A stretch of DNA of 64,000 bases from Podarcis gaigeae (lineage: Eukaryota): NCBI GenBank assembly GCA_964106915.2, contig OZ066925.1. One strand, given 5' to 3'. Made by a program: the position numbers and the translations under genes. How positions within the stretch are numbered: position 1 is the stretch's first letter; every line of letters begins with the position of its first letter. Below, piece after piece: positions 12,666 to 26,062 of this stretch. The notes beneath the pieces are model-generated. The model ran no database searches. It was not told the DNA's origin and saw nothing but the letters and a program-made list of their open reading frames with translations.

Positions 12666-13718
12666 TGCTTAAAAGTGTGTTTGCTTTGCATATTCCAGTT
12701 TAACATGCACAATGTTTGTATTCCAAAGAAAAAATCTAGAGAGGCAAGCTACTTATTTTATTTTATTTTTTATTTTTTATTTGTTTTAATTAAATTCTTT
12801 GCATCAAAAGATTCCAGAATGTTGCAGAAAAGTGTGGCTAAATAGTATCTATACGAACACAGAAGTACAATTTAAAATCAGCAAATCAATAAAACAAAAA
12901 ACAACAAGACAAAATAAAAACCCCTCAAAGCTTAAAAGAAAATTAAACACAATTCCAACAAAACCAGCCTTGCAGTTTCTGTTTAGGAAATTATATAAAT
13001 ATAATATTTCTTTAAATATTTATTTATAAATAAAATTAGTTATGTATACTGTGCTGCAACGGCATAAAATATGTGCATGAAATAATAAAATGGTATCTTC
13101 TATAATTTCTGAATTGATCATATTCTTAGAAAGCATGTATGTAGTTAATGGTATTGAAAATGCTACAGTGCCTGCATTAATTAGTACATCAAAGCAATCC
13201 TCATCGATTGCTTTTCATATGACTTTCCTTTCTCCCCTTACCAGTAGGTGTCACTTTTGGGACTGTGAAATCTATTTTGTTGATAAGGCATGTAAACCCA
13301 CACTTTTAAATGATTGTTTTACAGCTGTGGATTCATCTGTAAGTGAGCTGTAATGATGATTACTCCCCCTTCCTTAGTTTTGTCTCAACAGAATAACAAG
13401 CAGTGTGTGTAATCTACAAATTGATCAATATTTTCTGCAAACCATGAGTTCTATCAGGTGCCTGGAAGAAGGAAGATGGAGTTTATTTTAGGAATATTTT
13501 TTTTAGAATAAATCATCCCTTAAGCACACTGAATTTGAAAAAAAAAGTATTTTTAAACTGAATACTTGGTACATACATCCCAATTATTTTAAAGAAGCAG
13601 CAGGGAATAGTCTGGGTTTAGTCTGCAGAGAACATTAGAACTGTAGAACATCTTCAAGGTCTTCTGACTTCAGTTTTTTTAAACTGGTAGGGTGGAGCTC
13701 ACTATGGAACTGAAGGTA

Positions 13719-14283
13719 CCGTATTTTTTGCTCTATAAGATGCAATTTCCCCCCTCCAAAAATTAAGGGGAAATGTGTGTGCATCCTATGGAGCGAATGC
13801 AGGCTCCTTGGCTTCAGCGATAGCAACGCGAAGCCTCTGAAGTGCAGAGGGAGCGCTCCCTCTGTGCTCCGGAGGCTTCGCGTTGCTTTCGCTGAAGCCT
13901 GGAGAGTCTTGTTCTCCCGGCTTCAGCAAAAGGAACCCGAAGCCTCCGGAGCGCAGCAGAAACTCGCGCTGCGCTCAGAAGGCTTCAGGGATAGCCACCT
14001 GAAGCCTCTGGAACACAGTTGGAGGTCCTGCTGCGCTCTGGAGGCTTCGGGTTCCTTTTGCTGAAGCTGGGAGAGCAAGACTCTCCCGCCTTCAGCAGAG
14101 AGGGAGAGCTGCGCAGCGCCCCTTCAGCCAAGTGGGAGGAGAAATGGAAAGGGCTCCGTTTTTCCTGCCGCTTCGCTGAAGGGGCTCTGTGCAGAGAGGG
14201 GGAGATTTTTCTTCTTCTTGTTCTCCCCCTCTAAAACAAGGTGCTCCTATGGTCGGGTGTGTCCTATAGAGCAAAAAATAGGG
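13719..14283. mobile_element. Non-autonomous Tc1/mariner-superfamily (pogo/Tigger-like) element with a GC-rich palindromic interior
   Basis: TA|CCGTATTTTTTGCTCTATAAGA ... TCCTATAGAGCAAAAAATAGGG|TA, a 20/22 TIR match; repeated gaagcct / aggcttc motifs inside. Confidence 0.85.
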
Positions 14284-15234
14284 TAGTTAGGAAGCACTGT
14301 TGAATTCCTCAGTGCTGGACTGCAGCTCAGTGGCAGATCATCTGTTTTGCATGCAGAAGGTTCTCTCTTTAAATCCCTGCCAAAAATAATCAAGCACTGA
14401 GTAGAACCAGTATGAAATATAGATGATAGAAAAGCAACATGGAGCTGATGCACATGGTGTGTGAGCGTTTCCACCCCTCCTTGGAAAAAGTGGCATTTCT
14501 TTGCCCTCCAAGGCACCCTGACTTGCGGTTAACATGCCTTCCTGTTTGCTTCCCAGTCCTCTCTTCCCTGCATTTCCCTCTCTGAATGACCCTGCTGTAC
14601 CTAATTATTTTTGAGCACAAGATTTGTATTTCCTGATGCAGAACTTGTTTTATATACAGAGCCTTGAGAGTCGCTGACTGTGGCTGGCTTGAAGTTAGCT
14701 TTATTTTGCAAGATCTGAAGAGCAGTCCCGTGGAGCTCATTATGTGAGTTTCACTACACAATAGCACTTGGTAAAAATATTGTAGATAATTCACGTTTGG
14801 TGTGTTCCTTCTGCAAGGTCTAATGCCAAGCCAATAAGCCAACTGTCTCTTGTTATTTGGAATACACCCAAGCCTTCACATATGTATTCCAGATCTTGTA
14901 TTTGTGGGGCTTTTTCCTGTATGTTGAAAGGAAAGTGCTTCCCTGCCTTTTGTTTTCTTTTTCTTAAATCAAGCTCTACTCTGCTCTGATTAAAAACATG
15001 TATTTTTCTTGTTTGCTTTGTCCATAAGGAGTGTGGAACAGTTTCCTATTTCCATTCCATCTTGCGTAAGCTTTGTGATTGTAGCCTTGCATGAGGTTCT
15101 CTGTGAATATATGTGTAGATGTTCATCTTAGGAGTTGGCTCCTATTCACTATTGGAAGGATTGCTAATACAATGGGAAACCATCTCATCAGTAGAACAAT
15201 TATTGTTGTTTGCTACTTATTACTATTACTACAA

Positions 15235-15447
15235 CTTTTATATCTCACTTTTCCTCCAAGGAGCATAAGATGGCGTACATAGGTCTCTCCCTTCCATTTT
15301 ATTGTCACAACATCTCTGTGGGATAGGTTAGGCTGAGAGGCAGTGATTTGCTTAATTAAGGTCACCCAGTGAGTTTGGTGGCAGAGTGAAGATTTGATCC
15401 TTGCTCCTCCCAGGAGACAATCCAGCAATCTAACCACTACACTGGAG
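15235..15447 (-). mobile_element. tRNA-derived MIR/CORE-like SINE; related copies at about 20765-20965 (+) and 53560-53945 (-)
   Basis: Shared aaggtcacccagtgag and tctaaccactacact motifs, or their reverse complements, across the three loci. Confidence 0.6.
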
Positions 15448-16970
15448 TGCATAAACTATTACAGATAGCTTGGCCATATTTTCAGTTCTGTGGCTTCTCA
15501 TAAGAAATGCAATAGGCTAAGGGTAGCATTTATGAAGGGTAGGGTTGTACATCCGAACAAACATCATGGTTCCTGGCCTATTACACATGAACCAACTCTC
15601 TACCAGCTCTGAAGAGTAGCAAGTGTGTAAAGTATTTCAAGACAGGTATAGAAATATGAACCTAGCCACAAGGGATAGTTTGTGTAATGCTGTATTGGGA
15701 AAAGGGATGCCAGTTAGCTGTGCTACTGGTTCCCTCTGTATGTTTAAAAATTGCTTCTCTCAGGAGATATGTGCATTTAATGACAAAGTGAAGGCAACAT
15801 GGAAGCCAGTTAAGCGAGTGTGTTTGCCAGTTAAGGCAGAAAGCAGGTGTCTTATGTATGGAGATCTACCAAGCCAGATTGTATTAAAAAAGAAATATTT
15901 CCTACGGTTTTGATTCTAACATTTTGAGTATGAAGTTACCAAGAGTAAATAATTATTAAGATACACATAACTATGTGGAATAAGATATTCTTTGTTGTAT
16001 TATTGCATCTGCAATAATCTAATGTATAATTTATAATGTATAATATAATGTACGACTTTGTAGTGATTTGCCAAACAGACTTCTGAACACTATCCATCCC
16101 CACTTGCACCATAACACTTTTGTGGAGAGAGGAAGGCATTTGCATGGAAGGACAATCAGAAGTCAAAGGTGGGATTGTGTTTAACCCTACCATTGCTCAC
16201 TGCTTCTCCTCTGCAAACACCTTTCATACCTAGGCTGTCTTTGCCCTCCTTTTTTTAACCAGGCAGTGTCAAGGAACTGCAATAAGTTAACCTGGAAGGG
16301 CATTTGCAGAGGAGAATAAATTAATATGGGAAATGTTAAGCATTCCCCTGTGAATGAATTTTATTATGGGTTGGGGAGCATACCTTTGCTGAAAGAACTT
16401 AGAATTCTTCCCTTCCAATGACTTGTTTATTAGCATGGCCTTAAGTAATTTTGCCATTTTTATAAGAAAGTATGAAAACTGACATAAAAAGTGTGACAAT
16501 TGTGAATCTTTTCCCAAAGAGTCACTAGACCCTGCTGGGTGGGGCTCCGCACCCCAATATGTGAGTTCTCATTTTCTCCCTTTCTCAGCTATCTGTTTCT
16601 TTTCTGGTTTTGTTTAAGATTCTTTTAGCTCCTCGGATCCTTCTCTTGATTGCCTACCCTTTAGTCATTGTCTGCTGTCTCTAAGTTTCCCAAACTCCTG
16701 GGCCATTTTCTCACCCAACTTCTTCGTGTCTAAGTACCACTTCAGTCTCTAGCATTATGGGTTGAACAGGGGAGGTGTTTCCTGACCAGAGTGGGAATGG
16801 GGAGATATACACACCTACCCACACACCATTAAAGGCAGTTGTATCATCTCTGATATCTCTGATAATGGTGGCACACTTTTATTATTATTGCAAACATTAT
16901 TGAATTTATTTTTTTAAGCATAAAGTATCGTCTTCCAAGGCAAAGTGTGTTCTCCTTCATGGAGAGCACA

Positions 16971-17695
16971 TGTTGCGGTGGGGTCTAACAAGACATCCCA
17001 CTATTGCTGGGTGGGTAATTGTAGTTGGCCACCATTGCGATTGGGCTCCTCTTTGCCGTTGGGGAGAATTTAATGTTGCCATTTTATGATTGACAGCCAG
17101 GAGGTTTTATATTCCCTGCATGCAGCGTTGAGCTTCCTCTTTTCGCTGCGCGCATCGGATCACTCGTCCACCCTCCCTATATTTAGGGTTGTTCTCATTG
17201 ACCTTGCTATGCCTGTCATGGGGTCATCTGCTTTTGGGGCAGGGGCCTGGAAGGAATTTTATCCAATTGGCTGATTGGCTGCGTAGCAAATTGTCACAAC
17301 TTGTAAGGTTGCGGTTAGGCATCGGTTTATGAATTGGTTGGTGGAGGGCCATGGATTGGCTGTGCCTGCCCCTCCAGTGCTGCTGCTGCAAGGGAATTCC
17401 GTTAAAGGAATCCAGGGTCTTGCCATTCTTTTTGAGCCCCTGGGAGCATTTGGGGAGAGGTGAGGGCATGATACCCAGCTCCATCTTTCTCTCCAAAATG
17501 TTTTCCCTTTCTGACTTTTGCAGGCGTGCGGAAGTCAGTCAGTCCCCGGGCAGGGCCAGATAGTGGCAACCAATGCCAAGCAACCACTCACATTTTTTTT
17601 TGTATTTTAATAAAGTTGTGGCCAAAATTATGCCAAAAACCTTAAACAATTCTGTGTGAATTGTGTTTTATTCGGGTGGCTTGGGGACCTCGACA
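16971..17695 (+). mobile_element. Probable solo LTR, 725 bp
   Basis: Starts TGTTGCGG and ends CCTCGACA (TG...CA with a short imperfect IR). CCAAT/ATTGG cluster from 17263; AATAAA at 17609-17614. The flanks caca and tgca fit a CpG-decayed 4-bp TSD CGCA. Confidence 0.65.
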
Positions 17696-18546
17696 TGCAA
17701 ATGGCACTCTAAGAAAGGCCTCAATGTTTATACAGGTTATTATCAGAGAAAGCTATTCCTTGCCTCTGTTAGCTTTTCTCCCTGATAAGATTAACGCAGT
17801 AGCTGCCTCTTGGGCTGAAAGGCAACAGCCCCGTCTTTCATACTGTGGAATTGTGCAGTGGTATCTGCTGTTTGGCAGAATTTCAATGAGGCAATGCACC
17901 TTAGCCATCATGTAGCTCACTCAGGCTCACCTTCCCTCTGCTAAGTTTGAACTTCATGTAAGAGCTTGTTTCACTTGAGACCTTCCACTGTGTGGTGTTG
18001 CATATCTAAACAGCAAGACACCCCACCCCCCTCACCTGAATGAATGATCCTGATATAATTCTCCGGGCTCTCAGTGCTCTTGTCTTTGTTATTTCACTTA
18101 GCATCTCATTTCACACTTTTATTTGTGGTGTTGGAGAGAACAGTGCCTTTCCAGGTAACTGAAAAATGCTAGGAAAAGGGCATGAGTGTGAGGTAGGAAT
18201 GGGTGAGGTAGTTGTAGACAGCGAAACCCCTCCGCAAAATAAACAAATGAAAGAATTGTGGACAGCAAACTTACTTGTGGTCCCTGCTTGGAACATTTTC
18301 TGCTGGTACATATTCCTTTTGAAAAAAAATCCTATTTTCCCTGAATGCATTGTTTCATGAAATTAATTAGCAACATAAAATTGATTAGTAACATAAGGGA
18401 CACAATACCAATCAAAATCGACAACTTCACTATTGTAATTCACTTTCCCACCAAACGACTATCCCTAGGAAGCATGTATTCATATATAATAAATGGGAAT
18501 GAGACCTCCAACAAAACATTGCTGTGTAGAGTCTTTCTCTTAATGG

Positions 18547-18582
<36 letters not shown>
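18547..18582. repeat. (AGCC)9 microsatellite
   Basis: Read directly; explains the PASQ and WLAG repeats in the spurious ORFs. Confidence 0.95.
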
Positions 18583-18583
<1 letters not shown>

Positions 18584-20419
18584 ACCACGCCCTCTTTCAG
18601 GTTATTCCCTGGACTGATCCTAGCATTAGGTAGAATGAGATAGCAGAGATGCTTGGTTGTCGCTGGCCTTTCTGTCTTGCTCATATTCTGCCAGTATGCC
18701 AGAGACAGCATTAAAGCAGAAGCCCGTGACCAAGTGAGCCGGCAGAGGGACAGCAAAGCCAGCATAGGCCATGCACTACAGCAGGCATCATGCACATTGC
18801 ATGAGTTGCTCTGCTTACATGGCACACACTGGCACAACTACTGCTGCATTGCAGCATTTGATTGGATGGGCAGTGAGCACAGTGAGCACAGTCAGTGGCA
18901 GCAAACTGTTGGGGGAAAGGGATTGTTGCGTGCGCTCTGCATTCCCTAGTCAGCTGCCCTCTGAAGTGGTGGAAGTTGTGATCCAAATGGCAGTGGGATC
19001 CAGTGGCTTATCTGTCTGACTTCTGTATGTGGAGTTATTCCTTCATTTTAGGCAGCAAAATTTCTAGGGCTCAAGATTATAATTTGCCTTTGGGAAGGTA
19101 TGATATAAATTGAATCAAGTAAATCTCAGTGTTGGACTGTTCATGGCTATTTAATAGAATCAATCATTTCTTAGCCAATGAGGAAGAGAGGTGACATACA
19201 AGAACCAGGTGTTTTTTTTTAGCCTACTATGCTGTTAACATATGACTCTGAAATTATATTGAAAATTCTGCATCCGTGCAAAAAAGTTGGTACAGTAGTT
19301 CCTAATAATATGTAATTCAGTACATGCTCCTATGAAAATGTAGATTTGAACATACTTTTATGAAAACTATAATTGTACCAAATGTGTTGCTTAAAATTGC
19401 TGTATCATTGATTCTGGAACTTTCTCAAACACCTAAATAAAGTATAGCATTTTCTAATTTTACCTCAGTAACAGGTGGGGTTTTTAATTTAAGAAGAAAC
19501 TCATGGTAATAATTGCAGATACTTTCGAAGCTAGATGCTTTTTTTAGCAAATGAGAATTCTAAGTTACTTCCCTATGCAGGTGTCCAAATTACTCTACGT
19601 TTGGTTCTATGTAAAAGAAAGTCTATGTTACATGGGAAATAAAAGAGTAGCTGATTACGGCAATATTAAAGTTTTTTGTGATTTTTTTAAAAGACACATC
19701 TGTTGATTATAGCATCATCATACCACTGCTCTAGTGAAGTTTACAAGCTTCTTTTACTCTTAAGGATCATAATTGAGAGACAAATTTTAAGCCTCACTGG
19801 ATTACCAGACTCAACTTCCAAAACCTATTCTGTTTCCTTAGAGTTTTAAAACTTCAGGGAAAACAGGTCTCCAAACACCACCATCACCAGTTTCAACTTA
19901 TGGCTTCCTGGAAGACAGGACATTTTTCAAATGTCCAAATATATTTTGTACATCCTCTTAAATAAGTGTGTGTTAATTTTTTTAAAAAAAAATTTATCCA
20001 GCTTTATTAATATAGGTTAGAATGGTGCTGAAACAGCAGAGGGAAAGAAAATCAATGTAGATAAAAATAAAACCCTGTTAATTAATTTAAAAACAAACTA
20101 CATTAACTGCAATAGGGAACAACATAATGTGCTGTGCATAGCTACAACATTAAAATCAAGGCACTTCCCAGAAGACCTGTTAAAATGGAGGGCCCTTTAC
20201 AAATCTTCCTTGTGAATATTTGCAGGATTGAGTAAGTGCAGAAGCAGGGGCCAGGTTGCCTGGGCTCTTCATCAATTGTTCATAGATCTACTAGTCTAGA
20301 TCTAGGTTGCATGAAAAAAATGGATCTCTGTCAAATGTTCTCTTTCTCTATCTTACTCTCATTTTGGGATTCCATGTAATCTCCAGCTGAATCCTGGTAA
20401 AACAGAAGCCTCATGGGTA

Positions 20420-20720
20420 GGTGGTTCTCAGGTTCAGGAAATTGGAAGCTTGCCTGTTCTTGAGGGGTTTGTACTCTCCCTGAAGGAACAAGTCTATAGC
20501 CTGGGTTTACTCCTAGATCCATCACTATCACTGGAGGAAAGGTGTCCTTAGTGGCCTTCAGTGCTTTTCTTAAAGTTTCAGTTATATACAGCGGGGGAAG
20601 CCTTCGTAACATCTTGTTGAACTATTGCAGTGGACTCTGCATGGGCGTATCCTCATGAAACTGCAACTAGCGTGGAATACTGCTGCCCGACTTCTCCCGT
20701 GAGCACTGCACATGACTTCT
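20420..20720 (+). mobile_element. L2-clade LINE ORF2 fragment
   Basis: Translates to LSLKEQVYSLGLLLDPSLSLE ... LNYCSGLCMG ... KLQLAWNTAARLL, typical of the L2 post-RT region. Confidence 0.75.
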
Positions 20721-22460
20721 CTAATCCCATGATTTTATTTTAATATCATCTCTCCACAGGATAACCAGTGGTTGTGCAGTGGTTGCAGTGCTAAAGTAGG
20801 ACTTCTAAGGCCGTGAAGCTCACTGCATGACCATGGGCCATTCTCTGTCAGTTAGCCTGATCCTACATCACAAGGTTCTTGTGATTATAAATTTGGGAGG
20901 GGGAGAACCATGTCTGTTGCTTGGAGCTCTTTGGAAGAAAGGTGGAGTATAGATGTAATAAATAAATACACATTTTAGTGTCTCAAGTCATTCTAGCAGC
21001 ACCCTTAAAAATCCGCCCCTGAAGGTGAGAAGCCACTCCAGAGTATTGTTCCATGAGATGTGAGGGACGTGCTGTTTGAAGGGAAAACTCTCTGCTTTCC
21101 CATAGATAAGCAGGTATCTTTGGATCACAGCCATCTCCTTTGTATTCATAGGGAAGAGAGTATATAGCCTGCACTGGTGAGGTTTTGTCTAGTATCCTTA
21201 AATATTTATGTTTTCAGTTATGCTCCATGGAGCAAATTTTAACTCACACATGCTAAAATCAATACATCTGAAATCACTTATGATTGCTAACATGTTGCTG
21301 GAAGACTCAACTCTTTATATATTTGAACACCTTTTAAAATAAATAAATAACACCCACATCTTATTTGGAGTTTGTGTTTATGTTCCTAATGCAGTCTTAA
21401 GCAAGTTCAAGATGCTGGTTAACCTTTGAAATGTATTACTTGCCTGGTGCTTAAGAGAGATAGATGACTAAGAAGTGCATATTAGAGCCTCTCAAAACAC
21501 AGGATCATCAATCTTCAAGGAGCTCCGTCTCACGCAGCGAGCTTCCATCCAGCGCGTGCACAAAGCATCTACAACTCAGAGAGAAAGCTTGGTGCATCCA
21601 GCTCCTTATTTTTGCAGACTCTCAGAGGAAATGTCAATTGGACATTACCAGCTGCCTCTGCCTTGCTTTAATATCTCTTCAATAATTTAATATATTGTCT
21701 GACTCTCTCTGCGCTGAACTCATAACCCTTCACCCACCACTTATTATTTTGCTGATTGATGCCTCAGTGTGTAGAATCTAAAATCTGCGCTCTGAAATCT
21801 GCTGGCTACATTACAATAGTTTTTTTGTGTTTGTGTGTTTGTACATGGGAGGAATGAAAGAAACACAAATGTCTGTGAAAGTTGCAGAGCTAAGAATGCT
21901 GTGGCTCCTCCTCTTCTAATGAAAAGTCCCATAAATGGATGAACTAATAGCTACTGCATGCATAATTTTCAGATTAAAATGGAGTATGTATATGTAGCAA
22001 CAGTTTAAATTTCCAGGTAAGGTAAACCAACGTAATACCCTTTAAAGTTTTTTTAGAATCCAAAAACAGTTCCGGAAATTGCTTAATTGCTCTTTCTCCA
22101 TCTTCCTATTGCTCCAGAGTTTAATGGAAACCCTTTAAGCAATTGGTATTTATGTCGTGGCACAACAGCCACAGTGTGTTGGCTATGGAAGATGTGTCTT
22201 CGTGGTAACTGTTAAATTGGTAGTTTCCATTGTGTTCTGCAGAGTAGTTATTCAGCAAACAGCAAATTCTGTAGGATTTCTTCAAGGAGCCTGAAGCATG
22301 GGCATTTGTATTGGGGGCATGGTGAGGGACTTAAAAATACAGGCCGCAAATATAGGTCTTTGATGAGTCTCCTGTTTGTGATAGTTTCAATGTTTCCTTC
22401 CATGTTTATGAGTAAGGGAACAAGAGTCTAGGCCTGTGTGGGGAACCTTTGAACCTTCAG

Positions 22461-22832
22461 ATATTGTTGGACTTCCACCAGCCGCAAGCAATATGAACAA
22501 TGCTGATGATGGGAGTTGTGGTCCGGCAACATTTGAAAGGGCCACATCTTCATCACCCCACCATAGGAAAACCAGAATGTTTGCAATCAGTATATAGGCA
22601 ACAACTGATTAATGCACTAAATAGGTCACTAAAAGGGTGGAATGGGATGTTGTTGGACTTCCACCAGCCGCAAGCAATATGAACAATGCTGATGATGGGA
22701 GTTGTGGTCCGGCAACATTTGAAAGGGCCACATCTTCATCACCCCACCATAGGAAAACCAGAATGTTTGCAATCAGTATATAGGCAACAACTGATTAATG
22801 CACTAAATAGGTCACTAAAAGGGTGGAATGGG
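22461..22832. repeat. Tandem duplication, 2 x 186 bp, 185/186 identical
   Basis: Units 22461-22646 and 22647-22832; the single mismatch is 22463 A versus 22649 G; ORFs 22500 and 22686 start identically. Confidence 0.95.
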
Positions 22833-23567
22833 GGCAGAACGGAAAGGTGCAGGGCACACTTATACATGCTCTGCCAACGTGTTTGTGGCCAGGAACGGCA
22901 CCACTACACGAAATGCTCACAGACTGTAGTTTACCTCCTGGTGTCCCATACTCCCTTGCTATATGTTTTAACACCTTGAACATATCAGTCCTCAAAATTG
23001 TTTATTACAAATGACTACTGAAGTAATCTACAAAAAATCTGGGCATTATCCGGAAATGCCCTATATGCCTAGCACAATCATGAGTATTTATAACCATCTC
23101 CTTTGTTTCTGATCTTTCTGTATTTTATCAGTGTGAGGAGTATACACATGAATGGGGCATGGGGAGAAATCTCAGGGTTGTGTGCTTTCTTCTTTATGTG
23201 CAGAACATGCAGTGTGTGTGTTTGTGGTATTTTAGGTTGTTCCTGTTTTTACACTCTTAAAAAAATAGTATGTCACTGAATTATTCTTATGAAAAGAGCA
23301 TCTAGTAAATATAATTAATAATAAAATGATAAGTGTCAATTATTGTAACTTAAGATTAAAGCTCACTGTGTTGTTTCATTTATCAAATTGATTTTTTAAA
23401 TAAACTTTTCTTTATATTAAGAATAGCACTTTGTGGAGCAATTTCAAATATTGCATACTTGAATATAAACCTTTCTTCATTACTGCTGAATACGAATAGT
23501 TATATCAAATTAATTTTGATATTTCTTGTGGGATGGGGTGAGGAAGCAATTCTGGAATAAATGTTGA

Positions 23568-23714
<147 letters not shown>

Positions 23715-23827
23715 TAAGTTTATTAATAGCATTGCATGTTTAATTATAACACCAAAGATACAGCACAGTAGCAACACTTAAGCTGCTACACTTAAATTAT
23801 ATTGTTGTTCAAATCCACTCTATACAT

Positions 23828-24058
23828 TTTAAGCAGTATCATACCACTTTTTAACAGCCATAGGTTCCCCAAAAGATTTGTTAAGGGTAGTGATGGTTGT
23901 TAGAAGACCCGCCATTCTCCTCACAGAGCTGCAATTCCCAGGGTTCTCTGGGGAAATGGTTTGATTTTTAAACCACTCTTGGGATTGTAGCTCTGGGAGA
24001 GGAATAAGGGGTCTCCTTAGCACCCTTAACAAATTACAGTTCCCAGGATCTTTGGGGC
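23828..24058. mobile_element. Degenerate palindromic MITE
   Basis: Nested inverted segments: ttgttaagggt / acccttaacaa and cagagctgcaattccca / tgggattgtagctctg. Confidence 0.55.
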
Positions 24059-24532
24059 TGAGGGAGAGTAATAACATTTAATAAAGACTTTCGCAACATT
24101 TAATAATGGCCTGAATTCATAAGATGCCAGTACAGGTGGCAACCATTTTGCATCCATTCAATTGATGTGTGACGTGCAAGTTGTTTTTGACCTGGGAGAG
24201 AGTGCAAACGGGGAGTTGCTTGTATTCATTTTTTTTTTTTAAGCACAAGACCTCTAAGCATAAAAGCCCTGGGTAGATTTAGAACATCAGTAAGCACATT
24301 GGATTTTTATTTATTTTTTAATCAGGGAGCATTTGCCAAAAAGAAAAGCCATTTTGTGAAAAAAACTGTATTGTTGCCTTCACTAAGAGTTATGTGTAAG
24401 GTAGATATGGAGTTTTTATTCAGATAACCAATTTTTATGTGGGAAGAATCTGTTAAAAGATATACATCATTATCTTTGGATGTGCCCATTTTTACCATGG
24501 CAAGAGAATATTGGCTTATTCAAGCTATGCAG

Positions 24533-24536
<4 letters not shown>

Positions 24537-24572
<36 letters not shown>
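24537..24572. repeat. (AG)18 microsatellite
   Basis: Read directly. Confidence 0.95.
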
Positions 24573-24576
<4 letters not shown>

Positions 24577-26062
24577 ATCACTCAACAAGTAATGAAAAAT
24601 CAATTTGGCTGTTCTCTTGAATTTTTCCCTGCTGTGTTGCTTCCACTTATATTGCCTGGTACTCATGAAGTTGCACTATAAAATGCAGAAAACTCCCATG
24701 TTCATTCCCCAGTTCAGGGTGGGAAAGACTCCTGTCTGAAACCGTGTAGAGCTTCTATCAGTTCCTGTAGACTGTATTGAGTTGGATGGCTCAATGGTGT
24801 GATTCTGCATAAGGCAGCTTCCTGTCTTATCCCAGTAAAATGTGTGTCTTTAGAACTGCTGACCCTCACCCCCTAAATTTCTTGTTACTCTGACATCTCA
24901 TAAGCTGCTTTGGAAATCCTGCTTGGTTTCAAAAACAGTTTTCTGTTAGACATTATCCTAGTGATGGGGCTGTTATTCAAGTGAAACATGTATTAAACAC
25001 TCTTAGACTCTTAGATCATTCAGAATGTGATATTGGGTATAGATTATTTTTTTTTACATTTGTTAATAGTTCTATTTAATGGAATATAGTATTGCTACTC
25101 TCTTAGAACAACTCTGTTACAAATAAAATATGAATTATAAAGACAATTTCATAGAAAATCAAAGTAATTAACATGTTTGCCTTTTCCCCAGTATCCGGTT
25201 TAAATAGAATTCCTACATGAACGGTTTAACCAGTGAGAGCTGTTCTCATTTAGTCAGTAGACCCTGTTTTGTTGGGTGGGGAATCCTTTGCTAATTTGAC
25301 ACCCCTTTCTGAATAAGCTGCCTTCATGGCTGACAATAGCTTTTGAAACTCAGGTCTCATGGGTCTAAATGACTAATATGATAGCATATAATCAATGAGT
25401 TGTTGAAACATGACATCAGGATTTCACCATATTTCAGAAAACTAGTGTAGCCAATAAGATTCCATATAGCCGCAGCTGCTGCTGCTATTACAATTTATTA
25501 CCACCCTTCACTCCAGAGCCCAAGGGTGGGTTACAAAAATTAAAACACAATATTGAAAAGAGCTTAAAATAACAAAATTACAGAAACATGGTGGATCCTA
25601 AAGATATACATCTCAAGTGTCAAAAGCCAGGGTAAAGAGCTGTATCTTCAAAGTTTGCAGTTGAATCTGCAAGCTACAGTTTATGTTGATTCTAGTTTGC
25701 TGTAACTTCTAAATTCACTGAGAATTGACAAACCATAGTTAGAGCCATTGTTCTACCTCAAGGGGCTGGCTGTACCATGGGGAGAGGAGTGAGCTCAGGA
25801 AGTTGAGTGCTGAGCAGACAGGAAATGAAAGCCACTCTAAACTATGGTTTGTATGTTCTGTGTGTAGAAGTTTAAACCATGTCGTGAGTTTTTAACTATG
25901 GGTATGATAAACCATGTTTTTCACTGTCTGAATGCTTTTACTGTCAGTGTTAGTGCTTATCCAAAATGGAATATCAGTGCCGTTGAATATATCCACCTGA
26001 CCACTTAGCCTGTATTGGAATATATATATTTTAAAAAAATATTCATGTATGTGGCATTTTCA

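Noticed and set aside
14312-14382. tRNA-like sequence (gcagctcagtggcagatcatctgttttgcatgcagaagg)
   Set aside because: Degenerate B box and acceptor stem; better explained as a tRNA-derived SINE head (related body near 24680-24830) than as a tRNA gene.
18345-19019. Cluster of overlapping ORFs on both strands
   Set aside because: Explained by an (AGCC)n repeat and local GC richness; no domain evidence.
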